IMG/VR virus record: IMGVR_UViG_3300001533_002283
Span: 1-64,000 of that record
Length of the DNA: 64,000 nt
Reading direction: 5' to 3' (one strand)
From: a virus
Shown here: piece by piece, positions 38,953 through 48,035 of the stretch
How positions within the stretch are numbered: the stretch's first letter is position 1
Layout of the letters: every line of letters starts with the position of its first letter
Position numbers and translations under genes: made by a program
The notes under the pieces: generated by a model
Told to the model about the DNA's origin: nothing
Seen by the model: the letters and a program-made list of their open reading frames with translations, nothing else
Databases searched by the model: none

Positions 38953-39249
38953 TCAATAACTTTGAACAAAGATAGGGCCGGAGGGGTCTTCATAGTCCGC
39001 CCAAAGTTCGCCACCATACTTTTGCAAGTTACTGATAGCCTGTTGAAGAGACTTGGTAGGGAGAAGGGCGTCAAGCGCGCAATTATAACTAGTGTAAATT
39101 GGTTCTTGATAACCGTCATCGTGAGTGAAAATTTGCTTAACAGTCCAACGAATCGGACGATGTTCAAATTTATTCATTTTGTGAATTGGATTGAACGAGG
39201 TGAAGGAATTGCGGCGGGAGTTGCCAGCGTTGGTGTTGTTTTTAGACAT
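38953..39249 (-). CDS. Hypothetical protein
   Basis: TACACC leader. Confidence 0.6.
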   Translation of the reverse strand: MSKNNTNAGNSRRNSFTSFNPIHKMNKFEHRPIRWTVKQIFTHDDGYQEPIYTSYNCALDALLPTKSLQQAISNLQKYGGELWADYEDPSGPIFVQSY

Positions 39250-39284
39250 GGTGTATTATAATTTGATTTTGATTTAATCTTGCT

Positions 39285-39503
39285 TTAGTTTAACTTGCTA
39301 ACAAAAAATTCAACTTCCTCTGGATATTTATCCCCGTCCCAAATTCCAATTCCATGAACGGGGCGTTTGGCATCGCCACTTTGAGAATAAACCAGTTGGG
39401 TTTTCGGAGCGCGTTTAAAAGATTTGAGAAAGTCAGCATTGAGCCGCGCAATGTCGGTGAATGCTAACGTGTGTTCGGTGTAGGTTTTAAGTGTTGTGGA
39501 CAT
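39285..39503 (-). CDS. Hypothetical protein
   Basis: Tiles the array. Confidence 0.6.
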   Translation of the reverse strand: MSTTLKTYTEHTLAFTDIARLNADFLKSFKRAPKTQLVYSQSGDAKRPVHGIGIWDGDKYPEEVEFFVSKLN

Positions 39504-39511
39504 ATTGTGTT

Positions 39512-40012
39512 TTATTCAGTTTTTTCAATCAAAAAATATTCTTTGTCACTGTAAGCGGCAATTAGCTTACCGGTATTCACACAACGTTTAATAGTTGCCT
39601 TGTTTTTTCTCGCTCGCAAATTCTCTATCTCTAGTTCCATTTTGCGGAATCGGTCAAGGTAGTTTGCGCAAGTGGTTTTATAGGTAGTCAGTTGTTCCGC
39701 CTGCCACTCATTCCGCTCGATTAAATCCCCGATGGTGTCAGTGGGGGAAATTTCGTAAGAGTTGAGGATTTCCTGTGCTTTTTCCAACTCTTTTCCCACG
39801 GAATCCAGTTTCTTTTCCGCTTCTTCTTTTTCCTTTTCCGAATCTTTGAGAAACTTTTCAGCGTTTTCCAAGTCAGACTTAACCCGCTCTAATTCACTCT
39901 GGTCAGTGTTGAAAAAGATGTTTTCTCCCTCGATGGAAACGGACTCTACGTTAGTAAAAGTCCATTTGTTAGGATTCTTGGGAAGTTCGGCAAGAAGGTG
40001 GATGAGGCGCAT
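39512..40012 (-). CDS. Coiled-coil hypothetical protein
   Basis: Promoter 40020-40048; heptad-like charged region. Confidence 0.7.
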   Translation of the reverse strand: MRLIHLLAELPKNPNKWTFTNVESVSIEGENIFFNTDQSELERVKSDLENAEKFLKDSEKEKEEAEKKLDSVGKELEKAQEILNSYEISPTDTIGDLIERNEWQAEQLTTYKTTCANYLDRFRKMELEIENLRARKNKATIKRCVNTGKLIAAYSDKEYFLIEKTE

Positions 40013-40081
40013 GAGTGAGAGAGTAGGAAGATTGGTGAAAAAATCAAGTTTATTTTATAAAAAAAGTAAAGTTTGTAAAGT

Positions 40082-40654
40082 TTAACCGAAATATTTTTGA
40101 TAAAACTGATTAACAATTGGGCGGAGAGTTACAAGTGAAGGATCGGTGTGCCAAAAGATATGTTCGTCGGCTAATTTTGCAACTTCTGGCCCGTGGATTT
40201 TTTCCTCGTCGGTCGGTTCTGGCGCGCCTTCTCGATTAATATTAACAAATAACATACTCTCTCCATACATTTTCTTAAAATAATGATACTCGTTGAGATG
40301 CCTTAAATCTGTAAGAACATAAATAACATCATTGTTTGCCGTCATGGAATCATAAATGTCAATTTGTTCAAACGTTTCCTTACACCAAAAATTAATATCG
40401 ACCGAACGGGCAAGTCGGCCAGCCTCAATCAACAACGGACGAAACATTTCTTTTTCTTCCGGGGTGAGTTTTTCAGGCATTTTGCCAAAAACATTAAAAC
40501 AGAACCCGCTCATTTTAGATTTTAACGAGTCAGCAAGGGCCACTCTTTTAAAATTAGGATTAAGTTCTTTTAAGAGAGAAAAGAAAGTATCTTTACCTGT
40601 TTGTCTGCAAGTTCCTAAAGTCAAAAGTTTAATTTTATTTTTGTTGTTAATCAT
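40082..40654 (-). CDS. Deoxynucleoside monophosphate kinase
   Basis: G...TGKDT, ALADSLK, R.LL...G...R, TDLR..NE. Confidence 0.8.
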   Translation of the reverse strand: MINNKNKIKLLTLGTCRQTGKDTFFSLLKELNPNFKRVALADSLKSKMSGFCFNVFGKMPEKLTPEEKEMFRPLLIEAGRLARSVDINFWCKETFEQIDIYDSMTANNDVIYVLTDLRHLNEYHYFKKMYGESMLFVNINREGAPEPTDEEKIHGPEVAKLADEHIFWHTDPSLVTLRPIVNQFYQKYFG

Positions 40655-40666
40655 TTTTTTATAAAA

Positions 40667-41239
40667 TTACAGTTTCTTTAATTTAATTTTCCCATCTTTC
40701 ATCACCGCATAACTCCCCTGTTGTATCGCCCCAATGGACCAAATTTCAGTGTCAGTGTCAACAAAGTTTTTAACAAAAGGTGAATGATTATGACCGATTA
40801 CCACGGCGCGGATGTTATCAGTTGGATAAACGTCAACAAATTCCCGTTCAGTAATTTCCTTATCTGTGAAATCCCAAAAACTATCGGGGCGAGAGTGGTA
40901 GAGCATGAGAATTTCCCCATTGGGTAACACCACCTTGACCTGTTTTGGGTGACAAGCTAATTCCCAAGCAAAATCATAATCTATGTTAATTAAACTCTTG
41001 GCGGTTACGCTGTCGTGATTACTTTTTACAAATGTTACAAACTTATGTTTATTCTCCTTATACCACGCCTGCGTCTCCCTATTCTTATTAAATACGGGTG
41101 CGTCAAAACAAGTTAAATCCCCCAAATGAAACCATTCAGTAATTTCAGGGTGTTTAGATAAAACTTTATTTATTCTCTCGTTTTGATTGTGGGAATCGGA
41201 TATGAATCCAATATTTGGGCTTTTTGTGTGGTAAATCAT
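40667..41239 (-). CDS. Metallophosphoesterase (calcineurin-like)
   Basis: SDSH, LGD, NHD, H, GHNH motifs. Confidence 0.85.
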   Translation of the reverse strand: MIYHTKSPNIGFISDSHNQNERINKVLSKHPEITEWFHLGDLTCFDAPVFNKNRETQAWYKENKHKFVTFVKSNHDSVTAKSLINIDYDFAWELACHPKQVKVVLPNGEILMLYHSRPDSFWDFTDKEITEREFVDVYPTDNIRAVVIGHNHSPFVKNFVDTDTEIWSIGAIQQGSYAVMKDGKIKLKKL

Positions 41240-41766
41240 TCGGAATACTCCGCCCCACGATCTTTCAATATAGATTTAATAATTCCCCGCGTTTCTTCTA
41301 CAATGTGAGATTGGGTGTCAAGAATCGCAATGAGATGACTTGTATCACATTCACACAAACATTTTGTTTTTCTCGGACCTTTACCGTCAATCCCATAGGT
41401 TCCCCAAAGGGTATATTTTTTAAATTCGGAGCTGTTTTTGTCAATCTGTTCTTCTTTTGGGATGATTTTAACATTCTTGGCCTCCTCGGGAGAAATCTTA
41501 CCAAGTTTATTTATTCTATAATTCCAGTCGTCGTAAGCTGCTCCATACGAATAAGGAAGTTCAATAACGATAGGGGTTAAGCCAGAATAGCGAAAGTAAG
41601 GGGATAACTGGCCCCCATCCATGAAATTACCTTCGCTATCTGTGATAAAATCATGTTGAGCGCGGGAGTAAATAATCTCTCCCGTCTTTTTATTTAATCC
41701 GGCGATATATTGATAATTTTTCATTAACTTAACTAAAATCAAATTCCGCCTTCTCCGCCACAACAA
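41236..41766 (-). CDS. Conserved phage protein
   Basis: S...HDF, DGG, WGTYG.DG, HL.AIL.TQ; start probably 41724. Confidence 0.7.
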   Translation of the reverse strand: MLWRRRRNLILVKLMKNYQYIAGLNKKTGEIIYSRAQHDFITDSEGNFMDGGQLSPYFRYSGLTPIVIELPYSYGAAYDDWNYRINKLGKISPEEAKNVKIIPKEEQIDKNSSEFKKYTLWGTYGIDGKGPRKTKCLCECDTSHLIAILDTQSHIVEETRGIIKSILKDRGAEYSE

Positions 41767-42181
41767 TTCTCACGGGCTGTTTGCTAACATTCTTAACCCC
41801 CGCGCCTTCGACCTTGTGATTCTTAGACTTGATAAAGCCGAAGTAGTCGGCAATGGTGTGAATCTTGCCTCGTTTTCGCACACTCCGGTTCTGCTCCAAC
41901 GCCCCAACCTTCATCCGCTCAAGAACTGTCCCTTGGTCAACTTCCTCCGCAGTTTTTGCAATAAACGCCTCAGTATTCTCCAGCGTATCCTTAATCGCGG
42001 GATTATCCGAACGAACAATGATGGTGTAGTTATATTTGGATTTCTTGCCCGCAGGCTCCTTTTCCGCTTTCTTATCTTCTTCTAGTGCCCGCGCTTCTTT
42101 AAGAATAGTGGAGCGAAGATTGTTATCTTTAACTCCCGCTTGCAGGAGAACGTCGTTCAGTTCATCAATTGTAAGGCTCAT
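41729..42181 (-). CDS. Hypothetical protein
   Basis: 150-aa ORF. Confidence 0.7.
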   Translation of the reverse strand: MSLTIDELNDVLLQAGVKDNNLRSTILKEARALEEDKKAEKEPAGKKSKYNYTIIVRSDNPAIKDTLENTEAFIAKTAEEVDQGTVLERMKVGALEQNRSVRKRGKIHTIADYFGFIKSKNHKVEGAGVKNVSKQPVRIVVAEKAEFDFS

Positions 42182-42226
42182 AGTATTATATGTTGTTTTG
42201 TTTTTGTTTAATTTTTCTATCTAAAT

Positions 42227-42430
42227 TCACTTTTTCAACTCAAGACGAAGAGTTTTGAGAGAAATATCGCCGTAAAGATAAGTCAAGATTGATTCGACGT
42301 TAAAATCCGTGAGTGATTCTTTTCCAAGAATTTCCTCCGCATCCCGCGCAATCCAATCAAGAGCCTTTAGAGCGTCCTGAAACTCGGTTTTTAATTCTAC
42401 CAATTGTTTATTTTGTTCTTTGATACTCAT
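42227..42430 (-). CDS. Hypothetical protein
   Basis: ATAACACTT leader. Confidence 0.6.
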   Translation of the reverse strand: MSIKEQNKQLVELKTEFQDALKALDWIARDAEEILGKESLTDFNVESILTYLYGDISLKTLRLELKK

Positions 42431-42446
42431 AAGTGTTATGCCGAAA

Positions 42447-42650
42447 TTAGTTGTCGAACCGGTTTAGAACTTCCCTCAGATCATAAATCATTTCCTTTGG
42501 AACGGCGATTACATTCTTGTCGTCTCCCGTGGAAATTTTAAGCCAATCGGAGTTATCAGGATGATCTTCAATTATAAGTTTGGTATAAACACTCTCATGC
42601 GCTTCTCCGCAAGTTAAAACTGTTTTGTTAGATTTGATGATTTTGGTCAT
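42447..42650 (-). CDS. Hypothetical protein
   Basis: Tiles the array. Confidence 0.6.
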   Translation of the reverse strand: MTKIIKSNKTVLTCGEAHESVYTKLIIEDHPDNSDWLKISTGDDKNVIAVPKEMIYDLREVLNRFDN

Positions 42651-42790
42651 AATTTTTTACAAATTGGGCGAATTGAAGGGGGAGGATGACGTTGGAGGGG
42701 ACGGAATAGTTGGTCTAGAGTGGGATCTTAATGGGATCGAGTCAAGTTTTTATTTCTAATTTTGGTAAAAAAGCTGTAATATGGTTTAGC

Positions 42791-43726
42791 ATGTATAAAG
42801 TTAATCCTATTCCGTTTACAGTTGGGTTCAGCCCAATAACTTCATATATCCTCGGCTTGTTGTGGGCGGATGGATATATCAATAATCATTTGGACAAAAG
42901 AAGGGGAACGTATCATCAGCAGATTATATTAAAAACTCAACTAAAAGATCATTTATATTTTAAAGAAATATTCAAAATGACGGGCGATTGGGCGTGTAAA
43001 GAATATCCAGAGTATGTATCTTTAAAAGGACAAAAACATGGTGCCTATGGCAAGATATCGACACATAACAAGGAGCTAATGTCTTTTCTTAAAGAGAATG
43101 GATATCAGGTAAAAAGCTGGGAGTCTGCTGATAAAATCTTATCTAAGATTCCCAAACATTTACACAGATTTTGGTTTTTAGGATTGGTAGACGGAGATGG
43201 GTGTTTTAATAAATCAAAAGATAATGATCTTATCAAAAAAATTGCTATCTATAGCGGAATAAATCAAGATTGGTCTTATTTAAAAAGATTTTTGTTTGAA
43301 AACGAAATAAAATGTAAAATTACAACAAGTTCTTCCGAATCGGGCTCTAGAAGCGAATTATATTTTCAAGGAATATATCAAATTGAAAAATTCATAAAAC
43401 TAGTATATGACAAAAATTTACCTATTGGGCTTCCTAGAAAAAAAATAATTGCAGAAAAATTTCTTAGTTACTTAGAACAAGAAAGAGTCAAAAATAATGA
43501 TAAATTTATTTTTGAATATACCAATAAACATAAGTCAAATACTTATTCCGTTTTATTTAAAAAATTTGGAATTAAAAAATATATAGGAAAAATTAAAACG
43601 AGAGAAGAGGCTGTTAGTAAAAGAAATAAATTATTTTTTGATACTTTTGGTAAAGACGGGTTCAAGAATTTTTTTGGTTTTGAGTATGCTCCTGAATCCA
43701 ATTATGTATCTCAAACGGAAGGATAA
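42791..43726 (+). CDS. Free-standing LAGLIDADG homing endonuclease with AP2-like C-terminus
   Basis: YILGLLWADG and WFLGLVDGDG motifs; KYIG...TREEA...R tail (track start 42731). Confidence 0.85.
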   Translation: MYKVNPIPFTVGFSPITSYILGLLWADGYINNHLDKRRGTYHQQIILKTQLKDHLYFKEIFKMTGDWACKEYPEYVSLKGQKHGAYGKISTHNKELMSFLKENGYQVKSWESADKILSKIPKHLHRFWFLGLVDGDGCFNKSKDNDLIKKIAIYSGINQDWSYLKRFLFENEIKCKITTSSSESGSRSELYFQGIYQIEKFIKLVYDKNLPIGLPRKKIIAEKFLSYLEQERVKNNDKFIFEYTNKHKSNTYSVLFKKFGIKKYIGKIKTREEAVSKRNKLFFDTFGKDGFKNFFGFEYAPESNYVSQTEG

Positions 43727-44096
43727 CGTTTTCGGGAATATCTTTGTTTAAAAACAAACCTGCTATTTGATCCAAATTGTATCCCGCAAGACCCATCCCG
43801 ATCTTCGTAACCAAGAACTCATACTGTGGATTTTTCTCCGCAAAGTCAAGAAATTCTTTGATGTTTCTTTCAATATCATAGAGTGGTAGAGTTTCAATGT
43901 CAAAATCTTTGGTGGGAAGTGCGTAAGTTTGCCCCTGAAGTCCGCGCCCAACTCCCCACTTTGCGCCAAATTTTTTAAAGGCAAGTTTTGCGGCTCCTGC
44001 GCCGTGAACGCCCCGAGTATTGCTCCCTACTACAATGGCCTGATTTGGTTCAAGACTTTGAATATTTTCTGGTGTGTATTTGATAGTTTTGTTCAT
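43662..44096 (-). CDS. Macro-domain-like protein (A1S_2505-type family)
   Basis: GSNTRGVHGAGAA, GA..G.G.G..G.TYALPT, VTKIG.GLAG. Confidence 0.75.
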   Translation of the reverse strand: MNKTIKYTPENIQSLEPNQAIVVGSNTRGVHGAGAAKLAFKKFGAKWGVGRGLQGQTYALPTKDFDIETLPLYDIERNIKEFLDFAEKNPQYEFLVTKIGMGLAGYNLDQIAGLFLNKDIPENVILPFEIHNWIQEHTQNQKNS

Positions 44097-44119
44097 AAAT
44101 TTATCTGCAAAAGAATATT

Positions 44120-44611
44120 TTACTCCGCCTCAAACTTCAAGCTATTTTTTAGAAAATTTGGGCGTTCTTGTTCAATGATAATTAAAGTGTTAAAGACGAG
44201 TGATTTGTTAAAAACTTTCTCGTAACTCTCCCCGCTCATTTCCCTCTCTTCAGATGGATCAAACACCATGCCGTCACAAATTAAAATTGCATGATTTCTT
44301 TTTCTATCCCGCCCTTTGGAAAAATGCCGGTCTTTAAACTCCCCACAAACATAAATGGGAAATTTAAGGGAAGTTTTAATTAAGTTGGAAATTGAGTCGT
44401 GGTAATCCTGATTCAAGGTAACATAATGGTGAGTGATACCGGTTTTATTTAAAAATTCAGATACGTTATACGAAGCGGTCCCACTCGCCTTTGTCTTAAC
44501 TTCCTTGCGGATTGTCTTTTCATCTGCGCCGAATAACATAGCAATTGATGCCGCGCCGCAAGAATACGGGAGTTGTTGGCGGCGATGAGTGATCTTGGGT
44601 TGGGTTTTCAC
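44120..44611 (-). CDS. Peptidase C39-like cysteine protease
   Basis: QQ..YSCGAAS, HAIL, DPS. Confidence 0.75.
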   Translation of the reverse strand: MKTQPKITHRRQQLPYSCGAASIAMLFGADEKTIRKEVKTKASGTASYNVSEFLNKTGITHHYVTLNQDYHDSISNLIKTSLKFPIYVCGEFKDRHFSKGRDRKRNHAILICDGMVFDPSEEREMSGESYEKVFNKSLVFNTLIIIEQERPNFLKNSLKFEAE

Positions 44612-44617
44612 CAGAGT

Positions 44618-44815
44618 TTAATAGGAATCAGATGTGAACATGAGAGAATAAGTCAAAAACAAAGATATAATCGCGGCGGCAAAATAAGCAAGAACTAATT
44701 TCCGATTTTTCGGATTATCTGTTTCCTTGGGGTTAGCGAATAGCCGAATCATTAAAAAATAGGTGAGTCCTCCACTTAGAAAAGTGAGAAGGAGATGATA
44801 AAATAAGGGATTCAT
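44618..44815 (-). CDS. Small membrane protein
   Basis: Two hydrophobic segments. Confidence 0.6.
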   Translation of the reverse strand: MNPLFYHLLLTFLSGGLTYFLMIRLFANPKETDNPKNRKLVLAYFAAAIISLFLTYSLMFTSDSY

Positions 44816-44821
44816 AAAATC

Positions 44822-45547
44822 TTAATTCAAACAAAGTTGCCCCATTAATGGCCGCGCTATGTTAGTTGCATATCCAGAGGAGAATCCGACTTGTGAAGCA
44901 TTTCCGCCATAAAGAGGAAGACGCACTGACTTTATATAACGGAGTTTTTCATACTTCTTTTTAACAAAATTCTCGCGCTCTTCCTTCTCATTCTGAACCA
45001 CCAGCGCATATTTATTCCTAGAATCTTCCTGAATTTCCGGAGCCAAACCAGAGAAAGATTCATCCTCTTGCTTCTTCTTGGCTTCAGTTAATTTAACATT
45101 CAATCCACGGGCAAAACTTTCAAGAAATGTAGCGCGATGAGAAACGGGCGCGTCGTTCAACTTCTGATAATATTGCCAAGATGACATCATGTGATGTTTT
45201 AGGAAAGATTGGGCGTAGATTGCAAAGTCAACATCCCCTTTTCTACCTAAAAATAGAATCTTTCGGCCATAGAAACGCGAGCCTGAATAAATGATTTTAA
45301 CATTAAAGTGTTCGGAGAGAATGTTGGAGATGAACCGCTGGGCGACACCCTGCCTCTTTCCCTCAATGAATTCTCCCTCAACAAACTCTTCCTTAACTGG
45401 TTCTTCTACAACGGCTAGGGCAAGATCAATGTTGTGCTGGGTGGCAAGAGCTTGGGCTTTTTCTAATGCAAGGTCGGATTCTGCGCCGGTTTGCCCTTTG
45501 TGGAGTTGGAGTAGCTTCTTCAGCTTTTCGAGGATGATGGTGTTCAT
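44822..45547 (-). CDS. DUF2786-domain protein
   Basis: EKLKKLL.L......E..LAL.KAQ.L...HNID N-terminus. Confidence 0.75.
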   Translation of the reverse strand: MNTIILEKLKKLLQLHKGQTGAESDLALEKAQALATQHNIDLALAVVEEPVKEEFVEGEFIEGKRQGVAQRFISNILSEHFNVKIIYSGSRFYGRKILFLGRKGDVDFAIYAQSFLKHHMMSSWQYYQKLNDAPVSHRATFLESFARGLNVKLTEAKKKQEDESFSGLAPEIQEDSRNKYALVVQNEKEERENFVKKKYEKLRYIKSVRLPLYGGNASQVGFSSGYATNIARPLMGQLCLN

Positions 45548-45591
45548 GGGTGATTAATTCGGAAGTAAAGATAGTAGAAGTTTGGCGGAAA

Positions 45592-46068
45592 TCAAGCACA
45601 TTTTTCCATATTTTTGCCAAAATTATTCCAAAACTCTTCGTTTCTCCAAGATGTTAATTTCGTTTGAATTTTCCCAAAACCGCGCGGAGAAAAATAAACG
45701 GAAACATCTCGCTTGCTGGGTTGAAAATGACTGAGACGATAAAGATCAGTTAAACCCGTATTCCAAGACAAACCGCATTCAATGGAAAAATTCGTGCGGA
45801 ATCTTTTGCCACCGGAATAATAATTGTGTTTTAACTCTGGAAAACACAACATCTGTGTTTCAGTGCGATTTCCATGCATGGAACCATCGTCCGCACAATA
45901 TTTAACTTTGTAATAAAAATCATCTTTTGCGGTCCAACTAGCGTATAACACCAGCCAATTTTCACTTGTTTGATGCAAACTATAATCGGTAAACTCAAAT
46001 CCGATTTTCTTAGCGAAGTTTTCAGAAAGCGGAGAGATTCGGACAATGGGCGTGAAGATGGGTGACAC
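45592..46068 (-). CDS. Hypothetical protein, paralog of 27579-28133
   Basis: Shared ENWL..ASW and VSVYF.PR.FGKI motifs. Confidence 0.7.
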   Translation of the reverse strand: MSPIFTPIVRISPLSENFAKKIGFEFTDYSLHQTSENWLVLYASWTAKDDFYYKVKYCADDGSMHGNRTETQMLCFPELKHNYYSGGKRFRTNFSIECGLSWNTGLTDLYRLSHFQPSKRDVSVYFSPRGFGKIQTKLTSWRNEEFWNNFGKNMEKCA

Positions 46069-46111
46069 GAAGAAGAGAGTAGAGCGAGTTTAGAAAAAGT
46101 CAACGAATTTG

Positions 46112-46564
46112 TTAATAAATTTTAGCTTTATTAATTTCTTGCGTGACTTTCTCAATAATCAAATTCTTCAGCTCTGTTTTTGCCCAAGGATATTCGGGCA
46201 TATCTCCCCCCGACTGGCCCGAACAGCGAGTTTCACCCCGAATAGTTTTACAACAGGTTGGCCAATAATTTTTCATAATTTCACTTCTTAAATCTGCAAT
46301 CTCCCGCGAATCAGAATCATTTGTTTCCTCATAAACGTGTTCAATTTCGGCCTCTAACGCATCTATTTCCGGCTGGTGTGTTTCCTGCCACTCATCGCCC
46401 CAAATGTCAGAAGAGTCGTTCCGGTAAGAAACGGAGTAGGAATTATATTCGATAAAACCGTTTTCCACCTTGAATTCAAATAATTCTCGGCAGGTTTCAG
46501 ATTTCGTGTGGATTAGGGTGATATTCATAAACGTATGAATGAGCGATAGAATCGTTTTTGTCAA
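46112..46564 (-). CDS. Hypothetical protein
   Basis: Start probably 46528, after the promoter. Confidence 0.65.
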   Translation of the reverse strand: MTKTILSLIHTFMNITLIHTKSETCRELFEFKVENGFIEYNSYSVSYRNDSSDIWGDEWQETHQPEIDALEAEIEHVYEETNDSDSREIADLRSEIMKNYWPTCCKTIRGETRCSGQSGGDMPEYPWAKTELKNLIIEKVTQEINKAKIY

Positions 46565-46573
46565 GGGGTTTTC

Positions 46574-46927
46574 TTAGTCAAATGCCCACGGATCGACCTC
46601 TTTCACCCTCTGCCCCTCCGGAATATCATCAAACTTCTCCGTCTTAATTAAATCCCGTTGCGCGGCGCGGTCAATTCCATTGGTGAGTTCCTTCACGGTC
46701 TTTTTCCAGCTCTTCCCTTTCTCAAATTCAATTTTATACGCGCGGGAAATTTCCCGATTGGTGGTTAGTCGGGTAGGTTTCGGCTCACCAAAAATATGAA
46801 CCCAAAGGGGATTATCCGCATTTTTCTTTTCATGTGACATGATCCACCCACCTTTACGCTCTTCAATATAGTAGCCAATTGAACGGAGTTTTTCGATTTT
46901 TTTGGTGATTGTTAGGTGGGAGGACAT
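46574..46927 (-). CDS. Hypothetical protein
   Basis: ATAACACTT leader. Confidence 0.65.
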   Translation of the reverse strand: MSSHLTITKKIEKLRSIGYYIEERKGGWIMSHEKKNADNPLWVHIFGEPKPTRLTTNREISRAYKIEFEKGKSWKKTVKELTNGIDRAAQRDLIKTEKFDDIPEGQRVKEVDPWAFD

Positions 46928-46942
46928 AAGTGTTATAAAAAA

Positions 46943-47036
46943 TGGTATTCGCCGGAAGTAACGCTCTCCAGTGCCTCTCTATCCCGAGCTTGTTTTATGA
47001 GGAAATCCTTAGAACGGATTTTCGGGGGCGGCGAAC
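46943..47036 (-). ncRNA. tRNA-like RNA with acceptor stem, T-arm-like hairpin and CCA end
   Basis: GTTCGCC/GGCGAAT-A-CCA; GGAG-AGCGTTA-CTTC; internal CCCGA/TCGGG and AAATCC/GGATTT stems; no canonical D-arm. Confidence 0.6.
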
Positions 47037-47039
47037 ATA

Positions 47040-47690
47040 AAGTCTTAATTCGCAAACGCTTACAACGAATTAAGAAAAGTGAGAAAGAACAAAAGTTATT
47101 GATATAGAACTAGTTCTATTTTGATTTTTTTCAAAGCCGTGGTGTTTCAAGTCGAAGCCTCAGAATTTATCCGCGCAGTCAATTCGGCGCGAGGGATTTC
47201 AACAGTCCCCAAATTGATTTAGTTATTTAACGGGCGTCTAAACCAAGAAAGATTACCCGGAAATTGTCTGAAAGAACGGTCAGGCGGGTGAACCCTCACC
47301 TGACTCTCTACACTTTACACTTTTTCTTGCTTTCGTCAAGCGTTTTTCTTCAAAAAGAACAAAAATTTTTCGGAAAGTTGATTAAACTTCATGAGGCGAT
47401 CCGCCCAAGAATTACCCGAAGGAACCCCCTTCGTGATTCAGTAACTCACACTTATATTAACCAACTTTTATTCCGGGTGATTTTATAACGATTATTCGCC
47501 CGCCTTTCAGCAGCAATATTAGGAACCAACCAATATTCAAAAACGCGAGATTTAAGATTATCCCGAACTATACTCATCCCGCCCTATCGTTTAGAGGTTT
47601 GAATGAGAAGAATGTGAAAAGAACAAAGGTGAGGCTTTCCCCGACCTGATTTAACCACTATGCGGGATTACCCCGATGAAGTCAACAAGT
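47040..47690 (-). ncRNA. Non-coding RNA island with two promoters and four boxA-like sites
   Basis: No credible ORF; TTGAC promoters at ~47340 and ~47686; GTTCTTT at 47084, 47271, 47354 and 47618. Confidence 0.5.
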
Positions 47691-47705
47691 TTTATTCAAA
47701 AAATT

Positions 47706-48029
47706 TTATCCCTGCGCGTAAAATACCTTAACCGCCCGCTTCTTCACCTCGTCAAATTTAATACCTTCATTCTCAAATCGCCCGTCATATTCCCGGAGAA
47801 CATAAAGATCAAAGTTTAGTTCATTTGCCACGTCCTGCAACTTATCATTATCCAACGTCAAATCTAAATCGCCATACCAGATTTTTCCCTCGGCGTTAAA
47901 AACATTGGCGTTAAAAATCACCTGATTCTTAGGGTGTTTATTAACATAACCGGATTTTGAACCAGAGATCATTCGGCCAAGATTGAAACCATGTTTGGTG
48001 AAAACGTTTAGAATTTTTTCTTTATTCAT
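47706..48029 (-). CDS. Conserved hypothetical phage protein
   Basis: GRMISGSKSGY..FNAN..IWYGDLDL..LYVLRE.DGRF. Confidence 0.7.
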   Translation of the reverse strand: MNKEKILNVFTKHGFNLGRMISGSKSGYVNKHPKNQVIFNANVFNAEGKIWYGDLDLTLDNDKLQDVANELNFDLYVLREYDGRFENEGIKFDEVKKRAVKVFYAQG

Positions 48030-48035
48030 AAGTTT

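Noticed and set aside
42731-43726. Intron or intein hosting the LAGLIDADG
   Set aside because: The gene is antisense to its neighbours, with no split host gene or splicing motifs recognised.
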